64,000 bases of DNA, taken from NCBI GenBank assembly GCA_048938895.1, contig JBHLLU010000001.1, positions 1 through 64,000 of the forward strand, written 5' to 3'. The stretch is from Promethearchaeota archaeon. GTDB lineage: Archaea; Asgardarchaeota; Lokiarchaeia; Sigyniarchaeales; SOKP01. Positions 1 to 9,490 of this stretch are shown piece after piece. The notes under the pieces are model-generated. The model searched no databases. It was not told the DNA's origin and saw only the letters and a program-made list of their open reading frames with translations. Numbering within the stretch: the stretch's first letter is position 1; the number at the start of each line of letters is the position of its first letter. A program made the position numbers and the translations under genes.

Positions 1-90
1 TATTTAATTAATAATGAAAAAGTAATGAGATAAAAAAAAATATTAGTTATGAAATGATAGGTGGAAAAAATAATAGCGATATACCAATAA

Positions 91-351
91 ATATTAAATG
101 AAGGTTATGAATTAACAGACGAAGTAAAAACAAAAATTCACCAAACTCTACGTGAAAAAACTAGCCCAAGACATGTGCATAAACTCATCTTCCAAGCACC
201 TGTAGATGGAATTCCAAATACCTTTAGCAATAAGAAAGTTGAGATTGCAGTCACCAAAATTATTCATGGGATGTCAGTAGCAAATCGAGGTACCCTTAGA
301 AATCCAGAATCTATTGATTTATATATAGAATTGAAGGATAAGCTTCAATAA
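91..351 (+). pseudogene. C-terminal remnant of acetoacetate-CoA ligase-like acyl-CoA synthetase
   Basis: Frame 1 reads ILNEGYELTDEVKTKIHQTLREKTSPRHVH...IPNTFSNKKVEIAV...NRGTLRNPESID, which matches the AMP-binding enzyme C-terminus. An in-frame TAA at 88-90 precedes it and there is no start codon or homologous upstream sequence. Confidence 0.7.
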
Positions 352-378
352 TATATTGTTATTTCTATTAAATATTAC

Positions 379-918
379 CTATTCATCTGAATGGGCTAAA
401 AATATCAGTTTATCCATTATATAGCCCCAAGGATCTGAATGTCCGTTAATTTTATCGGCAGGTGGATTTTCCAAACTGAATCGGATATAGGCTATTTGCC
501 CGAAATGATGAATAGCATGCATTGAGGTCCTGTATATCTTCCATGCAAGAGTCCCTCTTCTTTTCAACTTTTGGTAATTTTCCCCTTCCCACTCTGGGGT
601 TCTCAGTCTTAGATCTTCATCTTCTGCATTTTCAATTAGTTCGAGGATCATAGGCTCATGTTTTTTAAATTTTTTAACTAAATCATCAAAAACTATATCT
701 TTCGAAACATAATCAAATGATTCGTCTTTTATCATTTTATACCAATAAGCCTCCGAATTTAGTAGATGTCTCAAATAACTCTCAATTGATCTTCCCTTGG
801 TGTTTTCAGGGACCCAAATTACTTCATTTTCTTTTAATCCTTCCAACATGCGATTTCCATAAAGCCTGATAGTTTTCACGACTTCTGTTAATTCGTTTTT
901 TGTAATTTTTCTAACCAT
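379..918 (-). CDS. DinB/YfiT-like family protein
   Basis: RSIESYLRHL...EAYW and HAIHHFGQI His motifs typical of DinB four-helix bundles. Confidence 0.75.
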   Translation of the reverse strand: MVRKITKNELTEVVKTIRLYGNRMLEGLKENEVIWVPENTKGRSIESYLRHLLNSEAYWYKMIKDESFDYVSKDIVFDDLVKKFKKHEPMILELIENAEDEDLRLRTPEWEGENYQKLKRRGTLAWKIYRTSMHAIHHFGQIAYIRFSLENPPADKINGHSDPWGYIMDKLIFLAHSDE

Positions 919-1033
919 TTTTAAGCACTAATAAATGTATTAGAATGCAGTTTTTTCATTTTAATAAAGATTATTATAGATTCAAAATTTTGAAGTGTTT
1001 TCTCTTTCATTGAGGTTATGGTTACTTTTAAAT

Positions 1034-1687
1034 TTATGAAAAAAACAATAACCATCCTCCCAAGATTAGTTCATAAAGAAGAATTAGCCCACCTCCAATG
1101 TTCCATAGGACTTTGAAGTCAAGCTTTATAAGAGACATTCCGTCACCGACGCCATAGAGAATGCTTGCAATAATTCCAAACCAACCAATAAATAGTGGTA
1201 CCACATCGTAAATAACAAAAAGGATTGTATATCCAAACGTGCCAATAGAGAAAAAGAGCTGTGCAATTGCAAATCTAAACTTTTTTGTCTCAAAAATGTT
1301 ATTACTTGAATCAATTGACGAATTTTTTTCTGCCTCACTAGTATCTGAGTATTTTGTTGCTAATTTGAGGAGCCCCCAGTAATTTTTTTTGTCGTAAATT
1401 TGGATCAAGGCTTCTATTATACGAGATATACACCAAATAATCCCTAATATTATGTTATATGGACTAAAAGCAAAAAACAAGGTTAACGCAAGAGAGATTA
1501 TTCCAAGATGCTCTATGAGAATTATGACGACTCCAATTTTAAATTTTGTTGGATTTTTGTTAATAAACTGTAGTTGAGCTTCTGCGTCCACATCACCTAA
1601 TGTTTTATACCCAAAAATACCACTAATGATGTTTGTAACAATAATAAATAAAAAGAAAAAACCCGATAATTGTGTTGCTATATTCAA
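1034..1687 (-). CDS. DUF4386-like integral membrane protein
   Basis: Multiple TM segments; VPLFIGWFG and C-terminal ELILGGWLL pattern; paralog of 1716-2396. Confidence 0.7.
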   Translation of the reverse strand: MNIATQLSGFFFLFIIVTNIISGIFGYKTLGDVDAEAQLQFINKNPTKFKIGVVIILIEHLGIISLALTLFFAFSPYNIILGIIWCISRIIEALIQIYDKKNYWGLLKLATKYSDTSEAEKNSSIDSSNNIFETKKFRFAIAQLFFSIGTFGYTILFVIYDVVPLFIGWFGIIASILYGVGDGMSLIKLDFKVLWNIGGGLILLYELILGGWLLFFS

Positions 1688-1715
1688 GGGGAATCATCCA
1701 ATTTAAGGCTCTTAG

Positions 1716-2396
1716 TTAACCATTGATACCAAAAAATAATAACCAACTTCCAATGAGTAATTCAAATAGAATCGCCAATAAACCACTAATAGAGGATAAT
1801 GCTTCATAAGCTTTAACATCAGGTTTTACAAGATTCATTCCATTAGCAAAACCAATTAAAATACCGGCAACAATTCCCATCCATCCAATAAAGAGCGGAA
1901 CTAATCCAAAGGTAACTAATACGATTGAAAAAGCGAGTGTGCCAACAGACCAACCGATCATAGCAAATGTGAATCTGTTGCTTTTAGTTTTAAGAATGCC
2001 GCGATAGGAATCCATTAGAGATTCCTTTTCCATACCACTAGTAATTGAGTATTCATTTGCTATATTAAGAAGTTTCCAGTAGTCTTTTTCAATATAAACC
2101 TGGATTGCACCTTCTGCTACTCGAAAAACCAATAATATGGTTCCAAACAATATATTATATAGGCTAATAACAAAAAACAACATTATAGCAAGTGTAATGA
2201 CGCAAAAATGTTCTATGAGTGCTAATCCAAAACCAATTTTAAATTTTCTCGGATTTTTGTTAAATTTTTGCAGTTTATCGTCTGATTCATAATGCTTTGG
2301 GGTTGGTTCTAATATATATCCAAATATGGCCATCGCAATTTGCAAAACCAAGATAAGCAGAAAAAGAAAACCAGATAACCAAATTTTAATATTCAA
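1716..2396 (-). CDS. DUF4386-like integral membrane protein (tandem paralog)
   Basis: Shares LSGF..L, NKNP.KFKIG, IEH, K.YW.LL, VPLFIGW.G and EL..G.WLLF with the adjacent gene. Confidence 0.7.
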   Translation of the reverse strand: MNIKIWLSGFLFLLILVLQIAMAIFGYILEPTPKHYESDDKLQKFNKNPRKFKIGFGLALIEHFCVITLAIMLFFVISLYNILFGTILLVFRVAEGAIQVYIEKDYWKLLNIANEYSITSGMEKESLMDSYRGILKTKSNRFTFAMIGWSVGTLAFSIVLVTFGLVPLFIGWMGIVAGILIGFANGMNLVKPDVKAYEALSSISGLLAILFELLIGSWLLFFGING

Positions 2397-2479
2397 CGGG
2401 GATCCTCCAATTTATTCTTCATTTGTTCACTTTACAAGTATTGATTTTTTAATTTATATTAAATATTTTCAAATACAAA

Positions 2480-3430
2480 TTATTTTTTACTATGTTCCAC
2501 GGTTATTACAACATTTCCTCTCTTATGCCCCTTCTCAACATACCTATGAGCTTCCACTATTTGTTCCAAGGTGTAACACTTATCTATGGCTGATCTTAGT
2601 CTCCCTTCCTCAATAAGCTCTTTGACAAAGACAAGATCTTCAGCCCTAATTTTAGGGGGGGAATCCCTTATAACGTTAAGATAGATTCCTCTCTCCTTTA
2701 GAGCCTTTTTACCATGTGATGATGCAATTCTAGCCACAGCGTCAAAAATAACATCATAATTTTCACCGACTTCGGTAAAGTCTTCTTTTGTGTAATCGAT
2801 GACTTTATCTGCTCCTAAAGATTTAACCATTTCTAAATTCGTAGTACTACATACCCCGGTAACTTCCGCTCCAAAATACTTAGCAAGTTGTACCGCAAAT
2901 GTACCTACACTTCCTGAAGCTCCATAGATTAAAACTTTTTGCCCCCTCTGGATACTTGCCTTTTTAAGAACTGTTAATGCTGTAATTCCGCCAGAAGCAA
3001 AACCCGCAGCGGCTTCATCAAAGCTTATATTTTGAGGTTTTAATGCCAACACACCATCTTCTGATAGACATTTATACTCAGCATAACCACCGAACTTAAA
3101 CTCAGTAGATGCAAAAATTTGATCACCTCTCTTAAATAAGGAGACATTCTTACCCACTTCTTCAATTTCACCAGCAAGCTCCATACCTAGTATTGCTTTT
3201 TTAGGTTTTCTAAGACCTAACATTAAATGTAGCATAATGGTTTGAAATTTGGATGTTGGGTGTTTACCCCTTCGAACTATTGTGTCTCCAATCGTTACAG
3301 ATGTTGCGTGTATTTTAACTAGTATTTCGTTATCCTCTGGAGTTGGTTTTTCAACTTCTCTCATTTCCAAGACATCAGGAGGACCGTATCTCTCAAATAC
3401 AATTGCTTTCATTTTTTCTTTATTTTCCAT
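2480..3430 (-). CDS. NAD(P)-dependent medium-chain dehydrogenase/reductase (quinone oxidoreductase-like)
   Basis: [20 protein letters not shown] nucleotide-binding motif, GNVVI C-terminus. Confidence 0.9.
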   Translation of the reverse strand: MENKEKMKAIVFERYGPPDVLEMREVEKPTPEDNEILVKIHATSVTIGDTIVRRGKHPTSKFQTIMLHLMLGLRKPKKAILGMELAGEIEEVGKNVSLFKRGDQIFASTEFKFGGYAEYKCLSEDGVLALKPQNISFDEAAAGFASGGITALTVLKKASIQRGQKVLIYGASGSVGTFAVQLAKYFGAEVTGVCSTTNLEMVKSLGADKVIDYTKEDFTEVGENYDVIFDAVARIASSHGKKALKERGIYLNVIRDSPPKIRAEDLVFVKELIEEGRLRSAIDKCYTLEQIVEAHRYVEKGHKRGNVVITVEHSKK

Positions 3431-3461
3431 TTATATTATTCATCTCAGGTTTTTTCTATAT

Positions 3462-4274
3462 TTACAATGTGTGTTTTTGATTCATTAACTCCTTCACTTT
3501 TATATATGGATGATTATATCTCTCCCTATCCTTAGTATATTCACCCCATTGAATAGCTTTTTGAGGACAATAATGGAGACACCCTGTGCACATTTGACAT
3601 TTATGTTGCCACTCAGGTTTTTCATTTATGAGTTTTATATTATCGACAGGACAGATTTTTTGACAAATTCCACACCCATTACACTTTTCATCGACATCAT
3701 ATTTCTCATCCATAGTATTTACATCTTTTATAAAGGAAGAATATGATTTTTCCATTGGATAAAAAGATACTTTCCTTGCCGTATCTTTTTGATTATTACG
3801 GATTATTTCAGCAATATTTTCTAGTTTTGATACAGCTTTCTGTATTCTCTTTTCTCTTTTTTCTTTTGAGGGAAGTGGATTAATTCGTTTTGATCCCCAT
3901 ATATTATTTGAAAAAACTCTTAAACTATATGCGAAATCGAGGTCTTTGTTTTTTGGTTCTAATAATTTGTTTATTAGTGGTGCTACATACTGCCTGGAAA
4001 AACCACCCATAGAAGTAACAGCAAATATATATTCTGTATTACTCAAATCAATCTTTTCAATAAAATCATAGACAATTTTAGGTAGTGCCCAAGTGTATAC
4101 AGGAAAAACAAAGCCAATTTTTTCCGATATGGCAGTTATAGAATCTTGGTTAATAAGTCCCGCAATTGGTAGAAGTTCACAATTACTTAGTTTTTCTTTA
4201 AGAGCTTTAGCTATATGTAATGAGTTCCCTGTACCTGAAAAATAATATAGTGTTGTGTTGTAATTTTGCATCAT
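3462..4274 (-). CDS. EFR1-family flavodoxin/ferredoxin protein
   Basis: YFSGTGNS flavodoxin-like N-terminus plus two CxxCxxCxxxCP 4Fe-4S motifs. Confidence 0.9.
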   Translation of the reverse strand: MMQNYNTTLYYFSGTGNSLHIAKALKEKLSNCELLPIAGLINQDSITAISEKIGFVFPVYTWALPKIVYDFIEKIDLSNTEYIFAVTSMGGFSRQYVAPLINKLLEPKNKDLDFAYSLRVFSNNIWGSKRINPLPSKEKREKRIQKAVSKLENIAEIIRNNQKDTARKVSFYPMEKSYSSFIKDVNTMDEKYDVDEKCNGCGICQKICPVDNIKLINEKPEWQHKCQMCTGCLHYCPQKAIQWGEYTKDRERYNHPYIKVKELMNQKHTL

Positions 4275-4337
4275 TTTTATCTATATTATTTTTATTGTAT
4301 TTACTATAAATTAAAAATTCTTAATAATAATATTCTT

Positions 4338-5342
4338 TCAGTCTGAAGTGGAATTTTGCACGACATTTATAACTACATTTCCGGTTTTCTGCCCAGTTTC
4401 AACATATTTATGAGCTTCAACCATCTGATCCAACGGATAGCGTCTGTCTATTACCGATATCACCTTTCCAGCTTCAATCAGTTCTTTAAGAAATTCTAAC
4501 TGCTCAGTTCTTTCCTTCGTATTGTCCATATTCCTACTTATTAATGTTATGCCCTTTTTTTTTGCTTCTCTTTTTTGGTGATTAAGTAGTGTCATCTTTG
4601 GATTAGCTAGAAGATAAATCCCATTTTTTTTTAACGATTGTAAACCACTAGAAAACGAAATCTTCCCGATAATATCAAAAATAATATCATAAGTTTCACT
4701 GTTTTGTGTAAAGTCTTCCTTAGTGTAATCAATCACCTTATCTGCTCCTAGAGATTTCATCATTTCCAAACTCTTAGGATTACCAATCGCAGTCACATGA
4801 GCTCCGTAATATTTAGCTAACTGTATCCCAATCGTACCAATACTTCCAGATGCACCAATTAAAAGCATGGTATTACCTTCTTGAATATTAGCTTCTCTCA
4901 GATAATGGACTGCTTCAAGCCCTCCCACAGGAATTGTAGTTGCTTCTTCATAAGTCATGTTGTTAGGTTTAATTAACAAAATCTCACTCTCACGCAGACA
5001 TAGATATTCAGCATAAGATCCAAAATGAAAACTCGTCGTTCCAAAAACGGGGTCACCTTTCTTAAACAATTTTACTTCGCTACCTACTGACTCGATTTCT
5101 CCAGCTAACTCTTGTCCCAATATAGAGAAGCTTTTTCTTGGTCCTCTGAACCCAATTCCTAATCGCATGAGGAACTTTAACCAACCAGAAAATTTTAGAC
5201 TTCGCATCTCACAATCTCCTGTTGTCACAGTTGTTGCATATATTTTTATCAACACTTCATTGTTCTTAGGTATAGGTTTCTCTACTTCTTTGAGCTGGAG
5301 AACCTCAGGAGGTCCGTATTTTATGCATACAATTGCTTTCAT
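4338..5342 (-). CDS. NAD(P)-dependent medium-chain dehydrogenase/reductase
   Basis: MKAIVCIKYGPPEVL start (ATG 5342 preferred over the longer ORF), GSYAEY, GASGSIG, GNVVI; paralog of 2480-3430. Confidence 0.88.
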   Translation of the reverse strand: MKAIVCIKYGPPEVLQLKEVEKPIPKNNEVLIKIYATTVTTGDCEMRSLKFSGWLKFLMRLGIGFRGPRKSFSILGQELAGEIESVGSEVKLFKKGDPVFGTTSFHFGSYAEYLCLRESEILLIKPNNMTYEEATTIPVGGLEAVHYLREANIQEGNTMLLIGASGSIGTIGIQLAKYYGAHVTAIGNPKSLEMMKSLGADKVIDYTKEDFTQNSETYDIIFDIIGKISFSSGLQSLKKNGIYLLANPKMTLLNHQKREAKKKGITLISRNMDNTKERTEQLEFLKELIEAGKVISVIDRRYPLDQMVEAHKYVETGQKTGNVVINVVQNSTSD

Positions 5343-5362
5343 AATCAAATCATAAAAAAATT

Positions 5363-5725
5363 TTATAATTGAGTCCACGCACACAAAACAATAAGCGTAT
5401 TGAATACAAAACTTACAATTAGTAAAAAAACATCATATGCTTTATAGCTCTTTATCCCAACGAGGTTAAAAACGAAAAAGACAATTGCTACTATTATGTT
5501 TACCCAACTATTAACAGGAAATTCTAGTATAAGAGATAAAATGACCATAATAATAGGAACAACCATTATAATTGCTATCCCAAATGTCATACTCTGAGTC
5601 ATTGGTTTACCATCTATTTCCCCTGGTTTGAAATCTCCAGCAAATATTCGCAGCACATCACCTAGTAAATAACATAACATTGTAGCTATCCATATGAATG
5701 AAAGTATTATTTTCACATCGTTCAT
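5363..5725 (-). CDS. Small membrane protein (DUF6326-like)
   Basis: LSFIWIATMLCYLLGDVL N-terminus, four hydrophobic segments, GGAGTG SD-like site upstream. Confidence 0.65.
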   Translation of the reverse strand: MNDVKIILSFIWIATMLCYLLGDVLRIFAGDFKPGEIDGKPMTQSMTFGIAIIMVVPIIMVILSLILEFPVNSWVNIIVAIVFFVFNLVGIKSYKAYDVFLLIVSFVFNTLIVLCAWTQL

Positions 5726-5732
5726 ATTTCAA

Positions 5733-5955
5733 TCACTCCACAACATTTATTACAACATTTCCCTTTTTATGGCTTGGAATCAGGGTGCCTACCACTTCGA
5801 GCTAATTGCGTTGCTGCATTTACAGTTGTTGCATATACTTTTACCAGTATTTCATTATCCTTAGGAGCAGGCTTTTCAACCTCTTTTAATTCAAAAACAT
5901 CTGGTCCTCCATATCTAGTGTATATCATTGCTTTCATTTTTTCTTTATTTTCCAT
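5733..5955 (-). pseudogene. Internally deleted MDR oxidoreductase pseudogene
   Basis: The N-terminal ~60 codons ([20 protein letters not shown]...GRHPDSK) join out of frame directly to the extreme C-terminus [12 protein letters not shown], compared with paralog 2480-3430. Confidence 0.85.
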
Positions 5956-6390
5956 TTCATTCCTCTGTTTTGGCTATAAAAATAGATTAGTAATACATTC
6001 TAATTCATTGAGAGTTATTAAACCTTTTTAATTTGGTTCGATATTTAAAAAAAAGGAAATAAACGCATCAGAATAATCTTTAATTATTTCAAGAGCCCCG
6101 TTTTGTATTTCTAATTCTCCCTTATTCAATTCTAAACATAGCATAGGTGGATAAACATTTTCAGAGTTCACATGGTCTTGGACAAATTCCCTTCAAATTG
6201 TTCAACCAAAATATCAGAAAATGCAACAAAATAACCAGAAATCGTTTTAACAATGAAGTTGCTATATTTTGTCATTTCCCCATATTTAGCTAACCAAGTT
6301 GATATTTCTGTACTTGGAATCACAGTACTTACAACATCCCCAATAATCAAAAAATTAATAATAATAAAAAAAAGAGTAAATTTGATTAAT

Positions 6391-6645
6391 TTATTCCTTA
6401 CCTTGAATTAATTTTACAACAAAAATTATAAGAAAAATCGCTCCAATTGTTACACATATAATTGGAATCACCTGAGTAATTATCCCAACAACAAAACCTT
6501 CTACTGTACTAATAGAATCCACAAAATCCTGCCAGCTTGTTATATCAGGATAATGCCAATCTAGTAACGGAGGTAATACAAACATGGTGATTATAAAGAT
6601 CACAACTAGAATTATACCAATAATAAATGCCGTCCATTTTTTCAT
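6391..6645 (-). CDS. Small hypothetical membrane protein (2 TM)
   Basis: ATG start, two hydrophobic helices. Confidence 0.6.
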   Translation of the reverse strand: MKKWTAFIIGIILVVIFIITMFVLPPLLDWHYPDITSWQDFVDSISTVEGFVVGIITQVIPIICVTIGAIFLIIFVVKLIQGKE

Positions 6646-7127
6646 TAAGTTCTACACCAATTTTTTAAAATTGAATGATAATAATAATTTAGATGGGATT
6701 TTTAATAAAATTATATCACCTATTATGGAATAGTAACTTTTGTGTTGAGAGCAATATACTTATTTTGCCCTAAGTAATTGGTTTTATGTTTTTAGTATAA
6801 TAATATACGCATTTTTCTTTTTAAATGAAAATATAATGGAAGTTTAGGTACCAAAATATTTTCTCTTTAGTTGAAATTTGGGAATAAAAAAAAAATGTGT
6901 CTTAATCAAAAACCATAAATTACATATGTAATATCAAACTATCTTTAATGATTGTAAATAGCATAATTGATAGTATTTTATTCTTGAAATATTAATTCGC
7001 TTACCGCGAAGTTCTATACAATATTTATTGCCAATTTTCGAGAAGAAATCAATTGGTTTATATTTGAATTTTGGTATTATAAGGAAATTGGGTTTACAAT
7101 TTAAATTTAAAAAGGTGGATATTATCT

Positions 7128-7517
7128 ATGCCTAAAATGAAAAAAAAACAAGTAAAAAAAGGAAGAAGAACCTACGGTCCAAATCCCCAACCAGAAATAA
7201 CGCGAGTAAAAATGCCTTATAGGAAAAATGGAGAAATGTTTGCTCGAGTTACAGATATCTATGGTCAAGAGCGGATGGGAGTTTATTGCGAAGATGGAAA
7301 ACATCGTATAGGACGTATACGAGGCAAAATAAAAAAGCGAGTTTGGATAAGAAAAGGTGATTTAGTAGTAATTAATCCCTGGGAATTTGAAACCTTAGTA
7401 AAAAATCAAAAAGAAAAATGTGAAATATCCTGGAGATATTTGAAACATGAAATTTCTTGGTTAGAACGTAGGAAATTAGTGCCTGAAAATCTAGATCTAA
7501 ATAATATTACGTTTTAA
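7128..7517 (+). CDS. eif1a: Archaeal translation initiation factor aIF-1A
   Basis: CEDGKHRIGRIRGKIKKRVWIRKGDLVVINPWE signature; AGGTGG SD upstream. Confidence 0.93.
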   Translation: MPKMKKKQVKKGRRTYGPNPQPEITRVKMPYRKNGEMFARVTDIYGQERMGVYCEDGKHRIGRIRGKIKKRVWIRKGDLVVINPWEFETLVKNQKEKCEISWRYLKHEISWLERRKLVPENLDLNNITF

Positions 7518-7606
7518 TCTAATTTTTATTATTTATTATTTAAGTGTTTAATTTCTCTATAGTATATAGAGAGTTATTTTAAAAGTCAGTGTTTTAAATC
7601 ATTATT

Positions 7607-8224
7607 ATGGATTCATATGATAAATTACCAGATGCTGAAATAACACCTAAAGGGGAAATATCAAAGAAATTTCTGGGACTTGGAGTGAAATCATTCAAGG
7701 AAGCATGTGAATATGTACACAATATGGAGTATGGTTATAATACAACTTATGAAGAGAAGATGATTCTTTTTATTGAAGAATTGGGTACTTGTACTACTAA
7801 ACATGCGATAATTGCTGGTCTTGCTGAAGAATTAGGTATACCTCTTTATAAACATGTGGGCATTTATAAGTTTACAGAGGAGATTTCAACGGGAGCAAAT
7901 GATATAATGACAAAATATAACATTCCTTACATACCCATGACTCATTGCTTCTTAGTGTATAATGAAAACCGCTTTGATCTGACAGAGGGTAATTGCAATG
8001 GAAAAAATACCGCTATCAAGAACTTTATATATGAACAAGAAGTTGAACCGTTTATCAGCAGAAAAGATGAATATTTATTGTATAAAAGTGTATTAAAAGA
8101 AACAGTTCTCCCTTCAGAAGAAATGGAAGGAATTAAAGAAAGGTCTCTCCTAAAAGCACGTGAAGAAGCAATAATTCTATTGAAAGAAAACGTGAAAAAA
8201 CAGAAACAACTTTTAACTACATAA
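7607..8224 (+). CDS. Hypothetical protein, possible transglutaminase-like fold
   Basis: GTCTTKH, THCFL and FDLT give a Cys-His-Asp spacing. Confidence 0.55.
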   Translation: MDSYDKLPDAEITPKGEISKKFLGLGVKSFKEACEYVHNMEYGYNTTYEEKMILFIEELGTCTTKHAIIAGLAEELGIPLYKHVGIYKFTEEISTGANDIMTKYNIPYIPMTHCFLVYNENRFDLTEGNCNGKNTAIKNFIYEQEVEPFISRKDEYLLYKSVLKETVLPSEEMEGIKERSLLKAREEAIILLKENVKKQKQLLTT

Positions 8225-8247
8225 ATATTTTCTATTTTTATAATATA

Positions 8248-8871
8248 TTATTTCTTTTCCATGAACACATAATTTGCTATATGAGGTTTAGGTTTTCCTC
8301 TAATTTCAATTGTTTTTAATTCAATTATCTTGAAGAATGGTTCAAATAGTTCCTTCATTTCTAGTTTTGATGAGAAATGTAATAGAGTACCTAATGGTGT
8401 TTCTCTATACTTCCCTATGCCACCAAAACTAGGATCTTTTTCGCTAAAACTAACCGAGAGGTATTTTCCACCAGGATTTAATAATTTATATACATTTTCT
8501 ACAAATTTTTTCCTTTCTTCTGGAAAAATATGGTGTAATAACTCCCAATCAAAAGCAAATTCAAATTTTTCGTTAAAATCTTCTAATTCACCTAAAAGAT
8601 CTTTAACTAAAAACCTACACTCCACTTTTTGTTCCCTTGCTTTCCTCCTCGCAATCGATATTGCTAAATCAGAAATATCAATTCCAGTCATACTAAAACC
8701 TTCATTGGCTAAATATATAGAATAATTACCAATACCACATCCTAAGTCAATAGCAGTGCAAGGTTTAACTTTCTGGTTTTTAACTAGCTCGACTAATGAT
8801 TCGGGAGGAGTATCATAATTCCAAGGGATCTTATCTTCCGGTGTATCTCTGTATATATTATCTATATCCAT
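8248..8871 (-). CDS. Class I SAM-dependent methyltransferase
   Basis: IDLGCGIG motif I, GIDIS, LLNPGG. Confidence 0.9.
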   Translation of the reverse strand: MDIDNIYRDTPEDKIPWNYDTPPESLVELVKNQKVKPCTAIDLGCGIGNYSIYLANEGFSMTGIDISDLAISIARRKAREQKVECRFLVKDLLGELEDFNEKFEFAFDWELLHHIFPEERKKFVENVYKLLNPGGKYLSVSFSEKDPSFGGIGKYRETPLGTLLHFSSKLEMKELFEPFFKIIELKTIEIRGKPKPHIANYVFMEKK

Positions 8872-9062
8872 TTATATCATTCATAATTGCTTTAATTACT
8901 TAAATTTAAAAAAGAACCTCAATATTAGGATTTTGCATTTTTTTTAAAAAATAAAAAAAAGAGAAGATTCGATAATAACCGCAAATACAGATTTTTTACT
9001 AATTATTATTAACTTCTTATATTATATTTTATTTACTTGTTGATTTACTTAAATTCATTCGA

Positions 9063-9335
9063 TTAAAAGCGAAAATCTCTTCTACCGCCTCTATTATAAG
9101 GGTTGGGCGGAGCTTTTTCGGTAACAACGACATTGCTCGCTTGAGGTCCTTTTTGGCCCTCAGTAACTTCAAATTCAACCTTGTCATTTTCATTTAAGGT
9201 CTTATATTCATCATCTCTACCGCTTAATGCGGTATAATGAACAAATACATCGTTACCATCTTCAGAACTTATAAATCCATAGCCTTTTCGGCTATTAAAC
9301 CATTTTACTGTTCCTTTAACCAATTTTAAAACCAA
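9063..9335 (-). CDS. cspA: Cold-shock domain protein
   Basis: [15 protein letters not shown] (RNP1), DVFVHY (RNP2), [10 protein letters not shown]. Confidence 0.95.
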   Translation of the reverse strand: MVLKLVKGTVKWFNSRKGYGFISSEDGNDVFVHYTALSGRDDEYKTLNENDKVEFEVTEGQKGPQASNVVVTEKAPPNPYNRGGRRDFRF

Positions 9336-9490
9336 TTTTAAATTTTCTTTTCAAATACTTTAATTACTAAAGTATCAATTAGAAAAAAGTACCTTAAAGT
9401 AATAAACTTTGACTTTTTTAAGAATAATCTAATGATCTTTTTAAAAAATCGAAAAAATTTGGAATTTTTTTCAACTATCATCAATTTAAA

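Noticed and set aside
6168-6350. 60-aa minus-strand ORF, possibly continuing in another frame toward 6045
   Set aside because: TTG start and no recognisable family; it may be a gene remnant but I cannot support that.
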